Made by a program: the position numbers and the translations under genes. A stretch of DNA of 64,000 bases, from positions 43,811 through 107,810 of the forward strand of contig DUVI01000053.1 of the NCBI GenBank assembly GCA_012841065.1, written 5' to 3'. Below the pieces are notes generated by a model. The model was not told where the DNA came from. It ran no database searches and saw only the letters and a list, made by a program, of their open reading frames with translations. Source of the stretch: Bacillota bacterium. Lineage in GTDB: Bacteria > Bacillota > Sulfobacillia > Fermentithermobacillales > Fermentithermobacillaceae. Positions 38,271-47,906 of the stretch are shown in pieces; within the stretch, counting starts at the first letter, position 1; the number at the start of each line of letters is the position of its first letter.

Positions 38271-39221
38271 CTAGATGACCTTAAGGCAAAAATGGGGGCA
38301 CACCCTGGCACAATATCCGCATAGCATACACCTGGACCGGTCTAGCTCAGCTTTGCCTCCGGTTACTGAAATCGCGCCGAACCCACACATTTCTTGGCAC
38401 TTGCCGCACCCTTGGCACCAATCTTCCACAATCAAGCGTTTCTTGGTTGTCCCGGCAACCGGGGCCAATGTCCCGGCTTGTTCAGGCGAAATATCCGAAC
38501 ACAAGACTTCGCACGCGAAGTCAAGTTCTGCCTTGTTTTTCACGCCCACGCACACGCTGTCCTTGTGGGGGAAGTCCCTGACGTAACACAAAGCTTCATG
38601 GCTCCTGAGAAACAGGTGGCCTCCTCCCAGCGCTTTCATGATATATACTCCCTTCCCCATGTAACGGGCAAAGGCGAGGGCTTCTTCCATGTCTTGTCGT
38701 GAACCATCGACGATACCAAGCCCATCTATGTTGAGGATGGCAAAAATCACATCTACTTCGGGCAAGAGTGCTGCAGATCTTACGCAAGCCACATAGTGGG
38801 TGGAAACGGATACAGCGTCGATCAGGCCTTTTTCACGCGCCTCTGCAAGATACTCAAGTGCTTGCCTGTGGCCTTTCAGGGTGAGTCCCGATTCTTGCTC
38901 ATGCAATCCGAAAATCTCAACCTTGTCCCTGTTCATTTCGCGTCTAGCCATTTCCAGACTTGCCTTCATCTCATCTCCGGAAACGGCATAGCTCCTCGAA
39001 GAAATCACGATATCACTCTTGCCGCTCAGACATCTCAGATGCGGGTATACCCCGTATAGTTCGCTGGTATCGAAGAAGTTGACCCCTCTTGACACCGCAT
39101 ATCCGATTAGGTCCCGGCTCTCGTCGCCGGAGAGGTTGTACTGAGCAGGGCCCAACACTAATGAACCCATGCAAAGAACCGATACCTTGAGCCCGGTGTT
39201 CCCGAGCACTGAATATTTCAT
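38271..39221 (-). CDS. Aldo/keto reductase fused to a C-terminal 2x[4Fe-4S] ferredoxin domain (paralog 1)
   Basis: AKR motifs (FFDTSELYGVYPH) followed by two Cys clusters (CQGCGKCQEMC and CMLCGYCARVCP). Confidence 0.8.
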   Translation of the reverse strand: MKYSVLGNTGLKVSVLCMGSLVLGPAQYNLSGDESRDLIGYAVSRGVNFFDTSELYGVYPHLRCLSGKSDIVISSRSYAVSGDEMKASLEMARREMNRDKVEIFGLHEQESGLTLKGHRQALEYLAEAREKGLIDAVSVSTHYVACVRSAALLPEVDVIFAILNIDGLGIVDGSRQDMEEALAFARYMGKGVYIMKALGGGHLFLRSHEALCYVRDFPHKDSVCVGVKNKAELDFACEVLCSDISPEQAGTLAPVAGTTKKRLIVEDWCQGCGKCQEMCGFGAISVTGGKAELDRSRCMLCGYCARVCPHFCLKVI

Positions 39222-39278
39222 CTAAATCACACCTGACTCCAATCCAATCGTGTGCTTTACCATAGGTTTCTTCATTCC

Positions 39279-40379
39279 CTAGTCTATTGGTTCAAATCTT
39301 TCAGCCAGTTTCTCCATGACCTGAGGCATGGTGGTATATTCAAGTTCTTCGAGCCCCAACCGGTGAGGTTCAAAGGGTCCAAGTGAACGCATATAATCTG
39401 CAATTTGATTTGCCTTCCGCCTGGCCTCGTCGTATGCAGGGTCAGCGAAAAAGTCCTGGGGCCCGACAAGTTTGCCGTGGCACAGCTGGAATCCCAGCGC
39501 CACGACTCTGGGAGGGCCGTCAAACCTTGTAGGGGTACTCCGGTGGACGCTGCACGGCATGAGCGGCCCGTAATGAGAGCCCCTCATCCAACCAGCAACC
39601 AGGTGGGGATGGGAAAACGGCTCCAAAACCTCGCCTACTGCAGGCATACCGCTTTGGCACCGTACTATACACACAGGATCATCCTTCCCCACATACCGGC
39701 CTGCCATGAGGTTGAGCCGTTGTGTAGAAGACACTGCAGCCATCTCATTGAGGGTTCTCGAATACACCGATTTGATGGAATACCGTCCCATTGCACCTAT
39801 GAAGACCAGCATATCGTATAATTCTTCAGGACAATGGAACACGATCTTCTGGTTTTGGATCAGGTCATGCACCTCAAAATCAAATCCCCTGTGCATCTTA
39901 GGATCTATGACCAGGCCAGCTGTATTGAACGGATCGGCAAAAATCTTGTAAAGGGGCATATTCCAGGCTCCTGGTTCTGTCTTGTCAGCCAAGAACACTA
40001 CCACCGGCTCTGAAGGCCTTTCTTCAAATTCAATTTCTGCTATCCCAGGCCCCATCCCTTTGATATTGCCTGAGAAGGAATCGGATAACAGGTCCTGGCC
40101 TGCACCATACAGTTTGAGTTGCCGGGCTTTGTGGGTGGCTTGCATAAATGTATCCCATGCCAGTTCGTGAATTTCTCCATGGTCGGTTCCGCGTTCGTGG
40201 GTTAAGATCAGAACCAGGTCATCGCCTACATGGGTAACCAGGTAGTCAATCAGGAGCTCTTTGCCCTTGCCGTCCAAGCATTGTTCAGCCGTCTCCATGA
40301 GTTCAGGATGAACACACGAGTGCCCTACATAGCTTCCCACATCCGCCTTAATCACAGAAAGGGTTACCTTAGGCATCAA
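39279..40379 (-). CDS. Bifunctional fructose-1,6-bisphosphate aldolase/phosphatase (class V, archaeal type)
   Basis: 366 aa with the characteristic N-terminus (KVTLSVIKADVGSYVGHSCVHPE). The full-length family match is distinctive. Confidence 0.85.
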   Translation of the reverse strand: MMPKVTLSVIKADVGSYVGHSCVHPELMETAEQCLDGKGKELLIDYLVTHVGDDLVLILTHERGTDHGEIHELAWDTFMQATHKARQLKLYGAGQDLLSDSFSGNIKGMGPGIAEIEFEERPSEPVVVFLADKTEPGAWNMPLYKIFADPFNTAGLVIDPKMHRGFDFEVHDLIQNQKIVFHCPEELYDMLVFIGAMGRYSIKSVYSRTLNEMAAVSSTQRLNLMAGRYVGKDDPVCIVRCQSGMPAVGEVLEPFSHPHLVAGWMRGSHYGPLMPCSVHRSTPTRFDGPPRVVALGFQLCHGKLVGPQDFFADPAYDEARRKANQIADYMRSLGPFEPHRLGLEELEYTTMPQVMEKLAERFEPID

Positions 40380-40488
40380 AAATCCCTCCGCTTCTCATTT
40401 GCCTTTGGAGGCAAAAATCCCTTCATAAAAGAGTAGTTGGGCTGCTGAAGCTGTATGACCCGGCCTGCACTGATTCCGGTACCGGCTT

Positions 40489-41340
40489 TCAGCTTAACCT
40501 GTGCCTTGGACGCCAAATAACTGACAACACAATCCCAACAACAAATCCGCCTATATGGGCCCACCAAGCTACACCGCCCTGAGCCTGGACCCCTAAGGAA
40601 GCTACCCCTGAAAGCAGGTTGGTGAAGAACCAGAGGAAAAGGAACACTATTGAAGGCACTTCAACCACCGGCAGAAACACACCCACCGGAATCAATGCCA
40701 ACACCCTCGAACGGGGAAAATTGACGAAGTAGGCTCCGAGCACACCGGCAACTGCACCGCTGGCGCCTACTGTAGGGACTACTGACGCAGGATTGAACAG
40801 GATGTGAGCGATTGAGGACGCAACGCCACAGGCAAGGTAAAAAACCAGATACCTCCCGTGACCCAAAAGGTCTTCGACGTTATCTCCGAAGATGAAAAGG
40901 TAAAGCATGTTTCCTATGAGGTGTACCCAGCCCACATGTATGAAAAGGGAAGTAAAGATCGCCAACGCGCCGGAAGTCTGGACCACTACTCCTGGAGCAA
41001 ACCTGCCAGGATTGGTAATCACACCTGGGACAATTCCCCATTTGACTATGAAAGACTGCAGTTGCGGCTCTGTAAGCGTCAGCTGGAACCCGAACACCAA
41101 AATGTTGAGCAAGATTAGCATCCAGTTAACAAAGGGCCGTCTATGGGACCTTTGAGTATCTCTTATAGGTATCATGCAGCATCCCTTCTTACTGAGCAAA
41201 TATGGCGCCGTAACGGGTCCTACTCTAGTTTGCTCATTACTCCAACCATAATCGCTATGCGGCCCTACTTGGTGAAAAGATGTGCGTACGTGCGGTTGAG
41301 GAAACATGGCAGGAATCACGGGAAGATCCATTATTGTCAA
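40489..41340 (-). CDS. Rhomboid-family intramembrane serine protease
   Basis: 6-7 TM helices with the catalytic GASGAV serine motif and a His in the last TM helix (WAHIGGFVVG). The true start is probably internal (MIPIRDTQ..., about 41175). Confidence 0.8.
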   Translation of the reverse strand: MTIMDLPVIPAMFPQPHVRTSFHQVGPHSDYGWSNEQTRVGPVTAPYLLSKKGCCMIPIRDTQRSHRRPFVNWMLILLNILVFGFQLTLTEPQLQSFIVKWGIVPGVITNPGRFAPGVVVQTSGALAIFTSLFIHVGWVHLIGNMLYLFIFGDNVEDLLGHGRYLVFYLACGVASSIAHILFNPASVVPTVGASGAVAGVLGAYFVNFPRSRVLALIPVGVFLPVVEVPSIVFLFLWFFTNLLSGVASLGVQAQGGVAWWAHIGGFVVGIVLSVIWRPRHRLS

Positions 41341-41398
41341 GGTGACGCAATGGAGTATATTACCGTCATTGCGCCACCCTTATGTCAAAATGGTACGG

Positions 41399-41695
41399 CT
41401 ATTGCTCGTACTGCCCGACATAAACCCGTATTAGTTCCTCCAGGATCTCATCGCGCTCAACTTTCCTGACCAAGCTCCGGGCATTAGCGTGACTGGTGAT
41501 ATATGTAGGATCGCCAGACAAAAGGTACCCGGCTATCTGGCTCACCGGATTATGCCCTTTTTGCTTAAGCGCATCGTAGACTTTCAGGATGATCTCCCTG
41601 GTCTTGTTTTCTTTTTCAGTTTTGACCTCAAAAAATCTGGTTTCCTCAAACTCAGCCATAGTCGAGTCCCCCCATAAGTAACAATTCTCTGTCAA
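41399..41695 (-). CDS. ireB: IreB-family (UPF0297/YrzL) regulatory phosphoprotein
   Basis: 98 aa, family-typical sequence, in the conserved position between alaS and ruvX. Confidence 0.8.
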   Translation of the reverse strand: MTENCYLWGDSTMAEFEETRFFEVKTEKENKTREIILKVYDALKQKGHNPVSQIAGYLLSGDPTYITSHANARSLVRKVERDEILEELIRVYVGQYEQ

Positions 41696-41728
41696 AGGGG
41701 CGTATCCTCTTACTCCACGCAGATAGCC

Positions 41729-44413
41729 TCAGATTCTGCTCAAGACTGCTGCAGCTTCTCCTGCTGCAAGTTCCAAAGCTTGGTCAATCTCTTGGTAATA
41801 CTTACCTCCTGCCTGGGCAAGATGCTTCTTGCCGCCGCCGGAGCCCCCCAGAGCCTTTGCACCGGCCCTGACTATGGATACAGCATCTACCCCTGCCTGT
41901 GCAAGTTCAGAGTCAACCATAACCATAAGGAGTCCCCTAGGTCCCTTGCCTGAGCCAAGGATCACAACCGAAGCCCCTTGTTCCTTGAGGAGATCCCCTA
42001 GGTGACGCAGTTCCTCAGGATTCATATCATCTTGACGAGAGACAATCACCTTACGGTTCCCCGTTTCCCTGGAAGTCCCCTCATCTTCCATGAGCCTCGC
42101 TGCAACATTTCTGACCCTTTCAGCTTTGAGCCTTTCGACTTCCTTTTGGAGAGCGTTTATCGTATCCTTGAGCCCCTGGATTTTGGCCAATGCATCGTCG
42201 GCCCCTGAATCCAGCGCTTTGGAAATCCGCTTAAGACTTCCGGACATTTCCAGGGTCCTGAGTACCGCACTCATGCCTGCAACTGCTTCAATCCGGCGTA
42301 CCCCGGCCGCCACTGAAGACTCGGCGTTAATCATAAAACACCCGATCTCACCTGTGCGGGATACATGGGTGCCTCCGCACAATTCTGCTGAAAAGCCCTG
42401 TATTTCCACAACTCTTACCTTGTCTCCGTACTTCTCCCCAAAGAGCGCGATGACGCCCTTGTCCTTCGCCTCTTCCAACGAGGTCTCGTATGTGATCACC
42501 GGAGCATCTTCCATTATGATCTTATTTACGAGTTTCTGAACCGATTCAATCTCTTCATCTGACAAAGCACGCGAACAGCTAAAGTCGAACCTCAGGTAGG
42601 AATCTTCCACAAGCGAACCTGACTGCTCAACCTCATCTCCTAACACCTTCTTGAGCGCTCTGTGCAGCAAGTGAGTAGCCGTATGATGGCGCTTGAGCCC
42701 GTCACGGCGCTCCTTGTCTACCTTGGCTATGACCGGCTGTCCCGACACAATGCCAGGGCCTGAATCACTCGCTCTTATCACGTGGAAGATTATCCCGTCG
42801 GGAGCCTCCAGGACGTCTGTGACCTCGGCCAAGACATACTTCCCGTCCGGGCCAAACAGGATGCCGGTATCGTGTTCCTGGCCCCCTCCCGTTGCGTAAA
42901 ACGGTGTGCGGGTAAGCGCCACCATTGCCGTAGACCCAGGTTCAACTTCAGTCTGCCTGGAATCCCCGGCGATTATGGCGACCACTTCCCCCTGGCTTTC
43001 CAGGGTTTCGTAACCTGTAAATATTGTAGGCTGTATGTCTTTTAGCAGTTCAAGCATCTGGGCAGCATCGTACGAAACTTGCCGGTGAGCTTTGCGGCTT
43101 CTGCTCCTCTGCTCCTCGAGTGCTTCGGCAAACCCCTCTTCATCAACTGCAAGCCCTTGTTCCCGTGCCATGTCCTTTGTAAGATCTATGGGAAACCCGA
43201 AGGTATCATATAGCAGGAAGGCTTCCTTACCCGGCAACACACGGCATCCCTGCTCCTTTGCGGCAGCAATCATCTGGATTGCCCGTGCCTGGCCCTCTTC
43301 AAGAGTGTTGAGGAACCGTTGTTCATCCCGGGTGAGGATCTGCTTAATATACTCTTCTCTTGCCCTAAGTTCCGGGTAAGCATCTTCCATTATGTCAACT
43401 ACAACCGGCACCAGTTCAGCGAGGAAGGGGCGTTGGATACCCAGGTTCCTTCCGAACCTCACAGCCCGCCTGAGCACACGCCGCATTACATACCCTCGTC
43501 CCTCATTGGAAGGATGAACCCCGTCAGCTGCCAGGAAAGCGCATGCCCTTATGTGGTCAGCTATTACCCTCGACGCAAACACATGGTCTCGGGTCTCAAA
43601 GCGTCCCCCTGCGATTTGCTGCACTTTGTCTATGATGGGGATAAACAAATCTGTGTCGTAATTGGTATCTCCGCCTTGCAGCACCGACGCCATCCTTTCA
43701 AGCCCCATCCCGGTATCAATGCCGGGCTTTGCCAGCGGCGCCAACTTGCCTTGCTCATCGCGAACATACTGTATGAACACCAAGTTCCAAATCTCAAGCC
43801 ATCTATCGCAATCGCATCTGCCCATGCCACATCCCGGGCCGCAACTCACCTGCTCACCCCTGTCGAACATTACCTCAGAGCATGGGCCACAGGGTCCTGT
43901 TTCGCCCATAGCCCAGAAGTTATCCTCTTCGTCAAGCCGCACGATTCTGGATGACGGAATTCCGGCAATCTGCTTCCACAGTTGCTCAGCCTCGTCGTCC
44001 TCCCTGAAAACCGTAACCCACAAGCGTTCAGCCGGTAGTTCCAATACTCGAGTGAGAAACTCCCAGGCATATTGGATGGCCTCTTGCTTGAAGTAGTCTC
44101 CAAAAGAGAAGTTGCCGAGCATTTCGAAAAAGGTGTGGTGGCGTCCGGTAAAACCTACATTGTCCAGATCGTTGTGCTTACCGCCGGCCCTGATGCATTT
44201 CTGAGCGGTAACAGCCCTGGGATATGGGCTCGTCTGAAGCCCCATGAACACGTCTTTGAACTGAACCATTCCTGCGTTAGTGAATAACAGGGTAGGATCT
44301 CCGTAAGGCACCAGGGATGAACTGTCGACGATCTTGTGGCCCCGCCGTTCGAAGTAAGTCAAGAACAGTCTGCGAATTTCAGCCGACTTAAGGTTTTTTC
44401 CAATCTGCTCCAT
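41729..44413 (-). CDS. alaS: Alanine--tRNA ligase
   Basis: 894 aa with class II motifs, an editing domain and a C-terminal DHHA1 domain. Only 14 nt separate it from the proS stop, and its RBS GAGGAGG lies within that gap. Confidence 0.95.
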   Translation of the reverse strand: MEQIGKNLKSAEIRRLFLTYFERRGHKIVDSSSLVPYGDPTLLFTNAGMVQFKDVFMGLQTSPYPRAVTAQKCIRAGGKHNDLDNVGFTGRHHTFFEMLGNFSFGDYFKQEAIQYAWEFLTRVLELPAERLWVTVFREDDEAEQLWKQIAGIPSSRIVRLDEEDNFWAMGETGPCGPCSEVMFDRGEQVSCGPGCGMGRCDCDRWLEIWNLVFIQYVRDEQGKLAPLAKPGIDTGMGLERMASVLQGGDTNYDTDLFIPIIDKVQQIAGGRFETRDHVFASRVIADHIRACAFLAADGVHPSNEGRGYVMRRVLRRAVRFGRNLGIQRPFLAELVPVVVDIMEDAYPELRAREEYIKQILTRDEQRFLNTLEEGQARAIQMIAAAKEQGCRVLPGKEAFLLYDTFGFPIDLTKDMAREQGLAVDEEGFAEALEEQRSRSRKAHRQVSYDAAQMLELLKDIQPTIFTGYETLESQGEVVAIIAGDSRQTEVEPGSTAMVALTRTPFYATGGGQEHDTGILFGPDGKYVLAEVTDVLEAPDGIIFHVIRASDSGPGIVSGQPVIAKVDKERRDGLKRHHTATHLLHRALKKVLGDEVEQSGSLVEDSYLRFDFSCSRALSDEEIESVQKLVNKIIMEDAPVITYETSLEEAKDKGVIALFGEKYGDKVRVVEIQGFSAELCGGTHVSRTGEIGCFMINAESSVAAGVRRIEAVAGMSAVLRTLEMSGSLKRISKALDSGADDALAKIQGLKDTINALQKEVERLKAERVRNVAARLMEDEGTSRETGNRKVIVSRQDDMNPEELRHLGDLLKEQGASVVILGSGKGPRGLLMVMVDSELAQAGVDAVSIVRAGAKALGGSGGGKKHLAQAGGKYYQEIDQALELAAGEAAAVLSRI

Positions 44414-44427
44414 GAAAATTGTCCTCC

Positions 44428-46170
44428 TCAGCTTTCAGGCATGAACCGTGAAAACTCCTGCCTTACGAGCCCGACAATCTTATCCTCAAACTCATCCAGG
44501 TTTACTATGGTTGACTGTGTTTCAGCCCTGAGTTTGACTTCAACACCGCCGGCTTCAAAGCTTCGTTTGGAAACGGTCACGCGGATAGGCATCCCTAGAA
44601 GGTCGGCATCGTTGAATTTGACGCCGGCTGATTCATCCCTGTCATCATACAACACTTCAATCCCAAGTTGCCCAATCTTTTCATATAAGTCCTCAGCGGC
44701 ATCCAACACTTGGCTTCCGGTCCCCAGGCTCAACAGGTGAACGTGGTAGGGTGCCACCGTTATTGGCCAGATTATGCCCTTCTCATCCCTGTTCTCCTCA
44801 ACCACGCATGCCAGGAGCCTGCCTACACCCATTCCATAGCATCCCATCACCAGAGGTTTGAGCGTTCCGTCCTCATCCTGGAAATTGGCACCCATCGACT
44901 TGGAGTATCTTGTGCCCAGCATAAATGTGTTGCCCACTTCAATGCCCCTTGCCTGAACCAGCGGCGCGTTACATGTGGGGCATAGGTCGTCTTCCCTTGC
45001 AGCTGCAATATCAGCCACTGATTCCATTGGAAAATCCCTGCCCGGAACCACGTTGATGAAGTGATAGTCTGGCTCGTTGGCTCCTGCAACGTATGAGTAC
45101 TCCGGTAAGATGCTGTCGTCCACCACTACCTTCAATTGCTTGATGCCAACGGGAGACATGTATCCTTGTACCAGCCCATGGGCCTCCAGTTCCTCATGGG
45201 AAGCCAGCCTCACTTCAGATGTACCGAGGAAATTAGCAAGTTTGCGTTCGTTGATGTCAAGATCGCCCCTTATCAGGGCCATGACAAGCTTGTTGTCTTC
45301 CTGGGTGAAGTATGCCATGGTCTTGATGCTCAGTACCGGGCTTACACCCAGGTATCCGGTGACAGCTGCGATGGTGTCTTTCCCCGGCGTGTGCACTTTT
45401 TCAGCAGGGGCTTGGGTTTGCCCGGTGGATCCTATGTCTTGTCCCGGTGCCTTGTTGAACGTGGCAACCTCACGGTTGGCCGCATATCCGCACTCGGGAC
45501 ACAAGATCAAAGTGTCTTCCCCCGAGTCGGTCACATATATGAACTCGTGGGCCATACTTCCTCCCATCATACCCACGTCAGAAAGCACCTTCACCACAGG
45601 AACTCCGCATGTCCTGCAAATCCTTTCATATGCCGCGCACATGTAAGGGTAGTACCGGTCCAGATCGGCTTGGTCCGTATGAAAACTGTACACGTCTTTC
45701 ATGGTGAATTCCCTTACCCGGACCAGCCCACCCCTTGCCCGGGGTTCATCGCGGAACTTGGTCTGGATATGGTACACCACACACGGAAGCTGCCTGTATG
45801 AGTCAATGAAACGCCTGGCAAGATCGGTAACAGGCTCTTCATGGGTCATGGCCAGGCACATATCCCTGCCTGACCTGTCCTTAAACCTCGCCATCTCAGG
45901 ACCTATTTCATGCCATCTGCCCGATTCCTTCCAAATATCACCAGGGCTTACCACAGGCATGTTTATCTCCTGCCCGCCGATGGCGTTCATTTCCTTCCGC
46001 ATCACATCCTGGATTTTCTTGACGCTCCGCCAGCCAAGGGGCATATAACTGTAGATACCTGATGCAAGTTTAGATATCAGCCCTGCCCGCAGCATAAGGC
46101 CGTGAGAGGCCATCTCCACCTCGGCAGGCTGCTCTCGCAATGTCTTTCCAAAAGTTTGGCTCAATCTCAT
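44428..46170 (-). CDS. proS: Proline--tRNA ligase (bacterial type with INS editing domain)
   Basis: Starts MRLSQTFGKTLRE at ATG 46170 with RBS GGAGGT. Class II motifs and an INS domain. Confidence 0.95.
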   Translation of the reverse strand: MRLSQTFGKTLREQPAEVEMASHGLMLRAGLISKLASGIYSYMPLGWRSVKKIQDVMRKEMNAIGGQEINMPVVSPGDIWKESGRWHEIGPEMARFKDRSGRDMCLAMTHEEPVTDLARRFIDSYRQLPCVVYHIQTKFRDEPRARGGLVRVREFTMKDVYSFHTDQADLDRYYPYMCAAYERICRTCGVPVVKVLSDVGMMGGSMAHEFIYVTDSGEDTLILCPECGYAANREVATFNKAPGQDIGSTGQTQAPAEKVHTPGKDTIAAVTGYLGVSPVLSIKTMAYFTQEDNKLVMALIRGDLDINERKLANFLGTSEVRLASHEELEAHGLVQGYMSPVGIKQLKVVVDDSILPEYSYVAGANEPDYHFINVVPGRDFPMESVADIAAAREDDLCPTCNAPLVQARGIEVGNTFMLGTRYSKSMGANFQDEDGTLKPLVMGCYGMGVGRLLACVVEENRDEKGIIWPITVAPYHVHLLSLGTGSQVLDAAEDLYEKIGQLGIEVLYDDRDESAGVKFNDADLLGMPIRVTVSKRSFEAGGVEVKLRAETQSTIVNLDEFEDKIVGLVRQEFSRFMPES

Positions 46171-46236
46171 AAGAAATGTACCTCCAGTAACCGTACACAC
46201 GCATTACGCGCCAGCTCAGGTGTATGTATTAACGGA

Positions 46237-46266
46237 ATTATATCTTCCAGAATGTATGAGGATCAA
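46237..46266 (-). promoter_or_regulatory. Putative sigma-A promoter for proS-alaS
   Basis: Minus strand reads TTGATC, then 18 nt, then TATAAT, about 70 nt upstream of the proS ATG. Confidence 0.45.
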
Positions 46267-46310
46267 GCTTCACAAGAAGAGCAGGCCTGCTGTCAGATCA
46301 GGCCTGCTCT
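46266..46310 (-). terminator. Intrinsic terminator downstream of metQ
   Basis: Minus strand reads AGAGCAGGCCTG-ATCTGACAG-CAGGCCTGCTCT followed by TCTTGTG. Perfect 12-bp stem. Confidence 0.75.
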
Positions 46311-46353
46311 CAACTACTCTGCCGGTTAGCTTGAGTTCCTATGCGTCACCGGC

Positions 46354-47178
46354 CTAGAATGCGGGGATGACCCCTCCTTCATAATTGTCTTCTATGAACT
46401 GCTTCACCTCAGGACTGGTGAGCACCTCAACCAGTTTCTTGATACCTTCGTTGTCCTTATCTTCAGTCCTGACAGCTATCACGTTTGCATAGGGAGAGTC
46501 CCCGCCTTCGAGGAACAACGCGTCCTTAGTTGGCGACAATCCGGCCTGCAGCGCGTAATTGCCGTTAATCACCGCAATATCAACATCGGGCAATACCCTG
46601 GGAAGCATAGCTGCATCGAGTTCCTCAAACTTCAGGTTCTTGGGATTGTCTTGAATGTCGTAAATGGTAGCCAAGACGTCTGCACCTTCCTTGAGGGTCA
46701 CGAGGCCGGCTTTTTCCAGAAGCATGAGTGCCCTGCCCCCGTTGGTGGCGTCATTGGGAATACCCACCTTAGCCCCGTTTTGCAAATCAGATAGGGAGTC
46801 TATCTTTTCTGAATATATGCCCAAGGGCTCAATGTGAATCTTGGCAACCCATGTAAGGTCAAGGCCTCTTTCCTCAACCATATTCTCAAGGTAAGGAATG
46901 TGCTGGAAGAAGTTGGCGTCCAATTGCTTGTCAGCAAGCTGCAAGTTGGGCTGGACATAATCGGAAAACACTACGATCTCAATTTCAACGCCTGCTTTTT
47001 CGAGCAAAGGTTGTGCAAACTCCAGTATTTGAGCGTGGGGAACTTCGGTAGCTCCTATCTTGAGAGCTTCCGCCTTCTTTGAACATCCGGACAACCCTAT
47101 CACACTCACGAGCACAAGCGCACCTAGGATCAACGCGATATGCTTAACTGCCTTAATTGTTTGCTTCAATTCCCACAC
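46354..47178 (-). CDS. metQ: Methionine ABC transporter substrate-binding lipoprotein MetQ (NlpA family)
   Basis: 274 aa with a lipobox (LSGCS) and an NlpA-family sequence. Confidence 0.9.
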   Translation of the reverse strand: MWELKQTIKAVKHIALILGALVLVSVIGLSGCSKKAEALKIGATEVPHAQILEFAQPLLEKAGVEIEIVVFSDYVQPNLQLADKQLDANFFQHIPYLENMVEERGLDLTWVAKIHIEPLGIYSEKIDSLSDLQNGAKVGIPNDATNGGRALMLLEKAGLVTLKEGADVLATIYDIQDNPKNLKFEELDAAMLPRVLPDVDIAVINGNYALQAGLSPTKDALFLEGGDSPYANVIAVRTEDKDNEGIKKLVEVLTSPEVKQFIEDNYEGGVIPAF

Positions 47179-47225
47179 CTCCGGGGTCTCTCGTGTAGGG
47201 ATACCGGTTCAGCCGGCATCTCTGT

Positions 47226-47906
47226 TTATTTCCAGATATAGCGCCTGGCGACGCTGTCGCCTATATACTGAATGCCTTGGACCAGGCATATGAGTACAAC
47301 TACACACATTGTCATAATGACAGGTTCAAAACCCTGGTAACCGTACCTGATTGCCAGATTGCCCAAACCACCCCCTCCTATTGCACCTGCCATGGCTGAG
47401 TAGCCGACCAGATTCACAGCGGTTATGGCTGCGCCTGATATCAGCGAAGCTAAGCATTCAGGAACAAGCACATACTTGACTATCTGGTACCATGAAGCTC
47501 CCATGGAAATGCATGCATCGACCACACCAGGTTCCACAGTGAGCATGGCAGACTCAGTAATCCTCGCTACAAAGGGGATTGCCGAAATGGTAAGCGGCAC
47601 CATGGCCGCCACCGTCCCGACAGATGTGCCTGTAATAAGCCTTGTAAAAGGGACGATGGCTACCATCAGGATCACAAAGGGAATGGATCTTCCTATATTG
47701 ACTACTGTGGTCAAGACCGAGTAAGTTGCGTCGTTGCTGGCCAAACCCCGTGGTCCGCTTAGAACAAGCCAAATCCCCAAAGGAGTCCCTATGAGTTCAG
47801 CAAACACCAGGGAAACCAGTACCATAGCTATTGTCTCGCCGGTGGCAACGGCCACAGGTTTCAGCACACTCTGGGATAACGATGAACTCCAGGCCAAAGT
47901 CAGCAT
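47226..47906 (-). CDS. metI: Methionine ABC transporter permease MetI
   Basis: 5-TM BPD-type permease. ATG 47906 overlaps the metN stop. The ORF track start 48008 is an upstream extension. Confidence 0.9.
   Translation of the reverse strand: MLTLAWSSSLSQSVLKPVAVATGETIAMVLVSLVFAELIGTPLGIWLVLSGPRGLASNDATYSVLTTVVNIGRSIPFVILMVAIVPFTRLITGTSVGTVAAMVPLTISAIPFVARITESAMLTVEPGVVDACISMGASWYQIVKYVLVPECLASLISGAAITAVNLVGYSAMAGAIGGGGLGNLAIRYGYQGFEPVIMTMCVVVLICLVQGIQYIGDSVARRYIWK

Noticed and set aside
44414-44427. Possible T-box leader for alaS
   Set aside because: Only 14 nt separate the proS stop and the alaS start. No leader structure can fit there.
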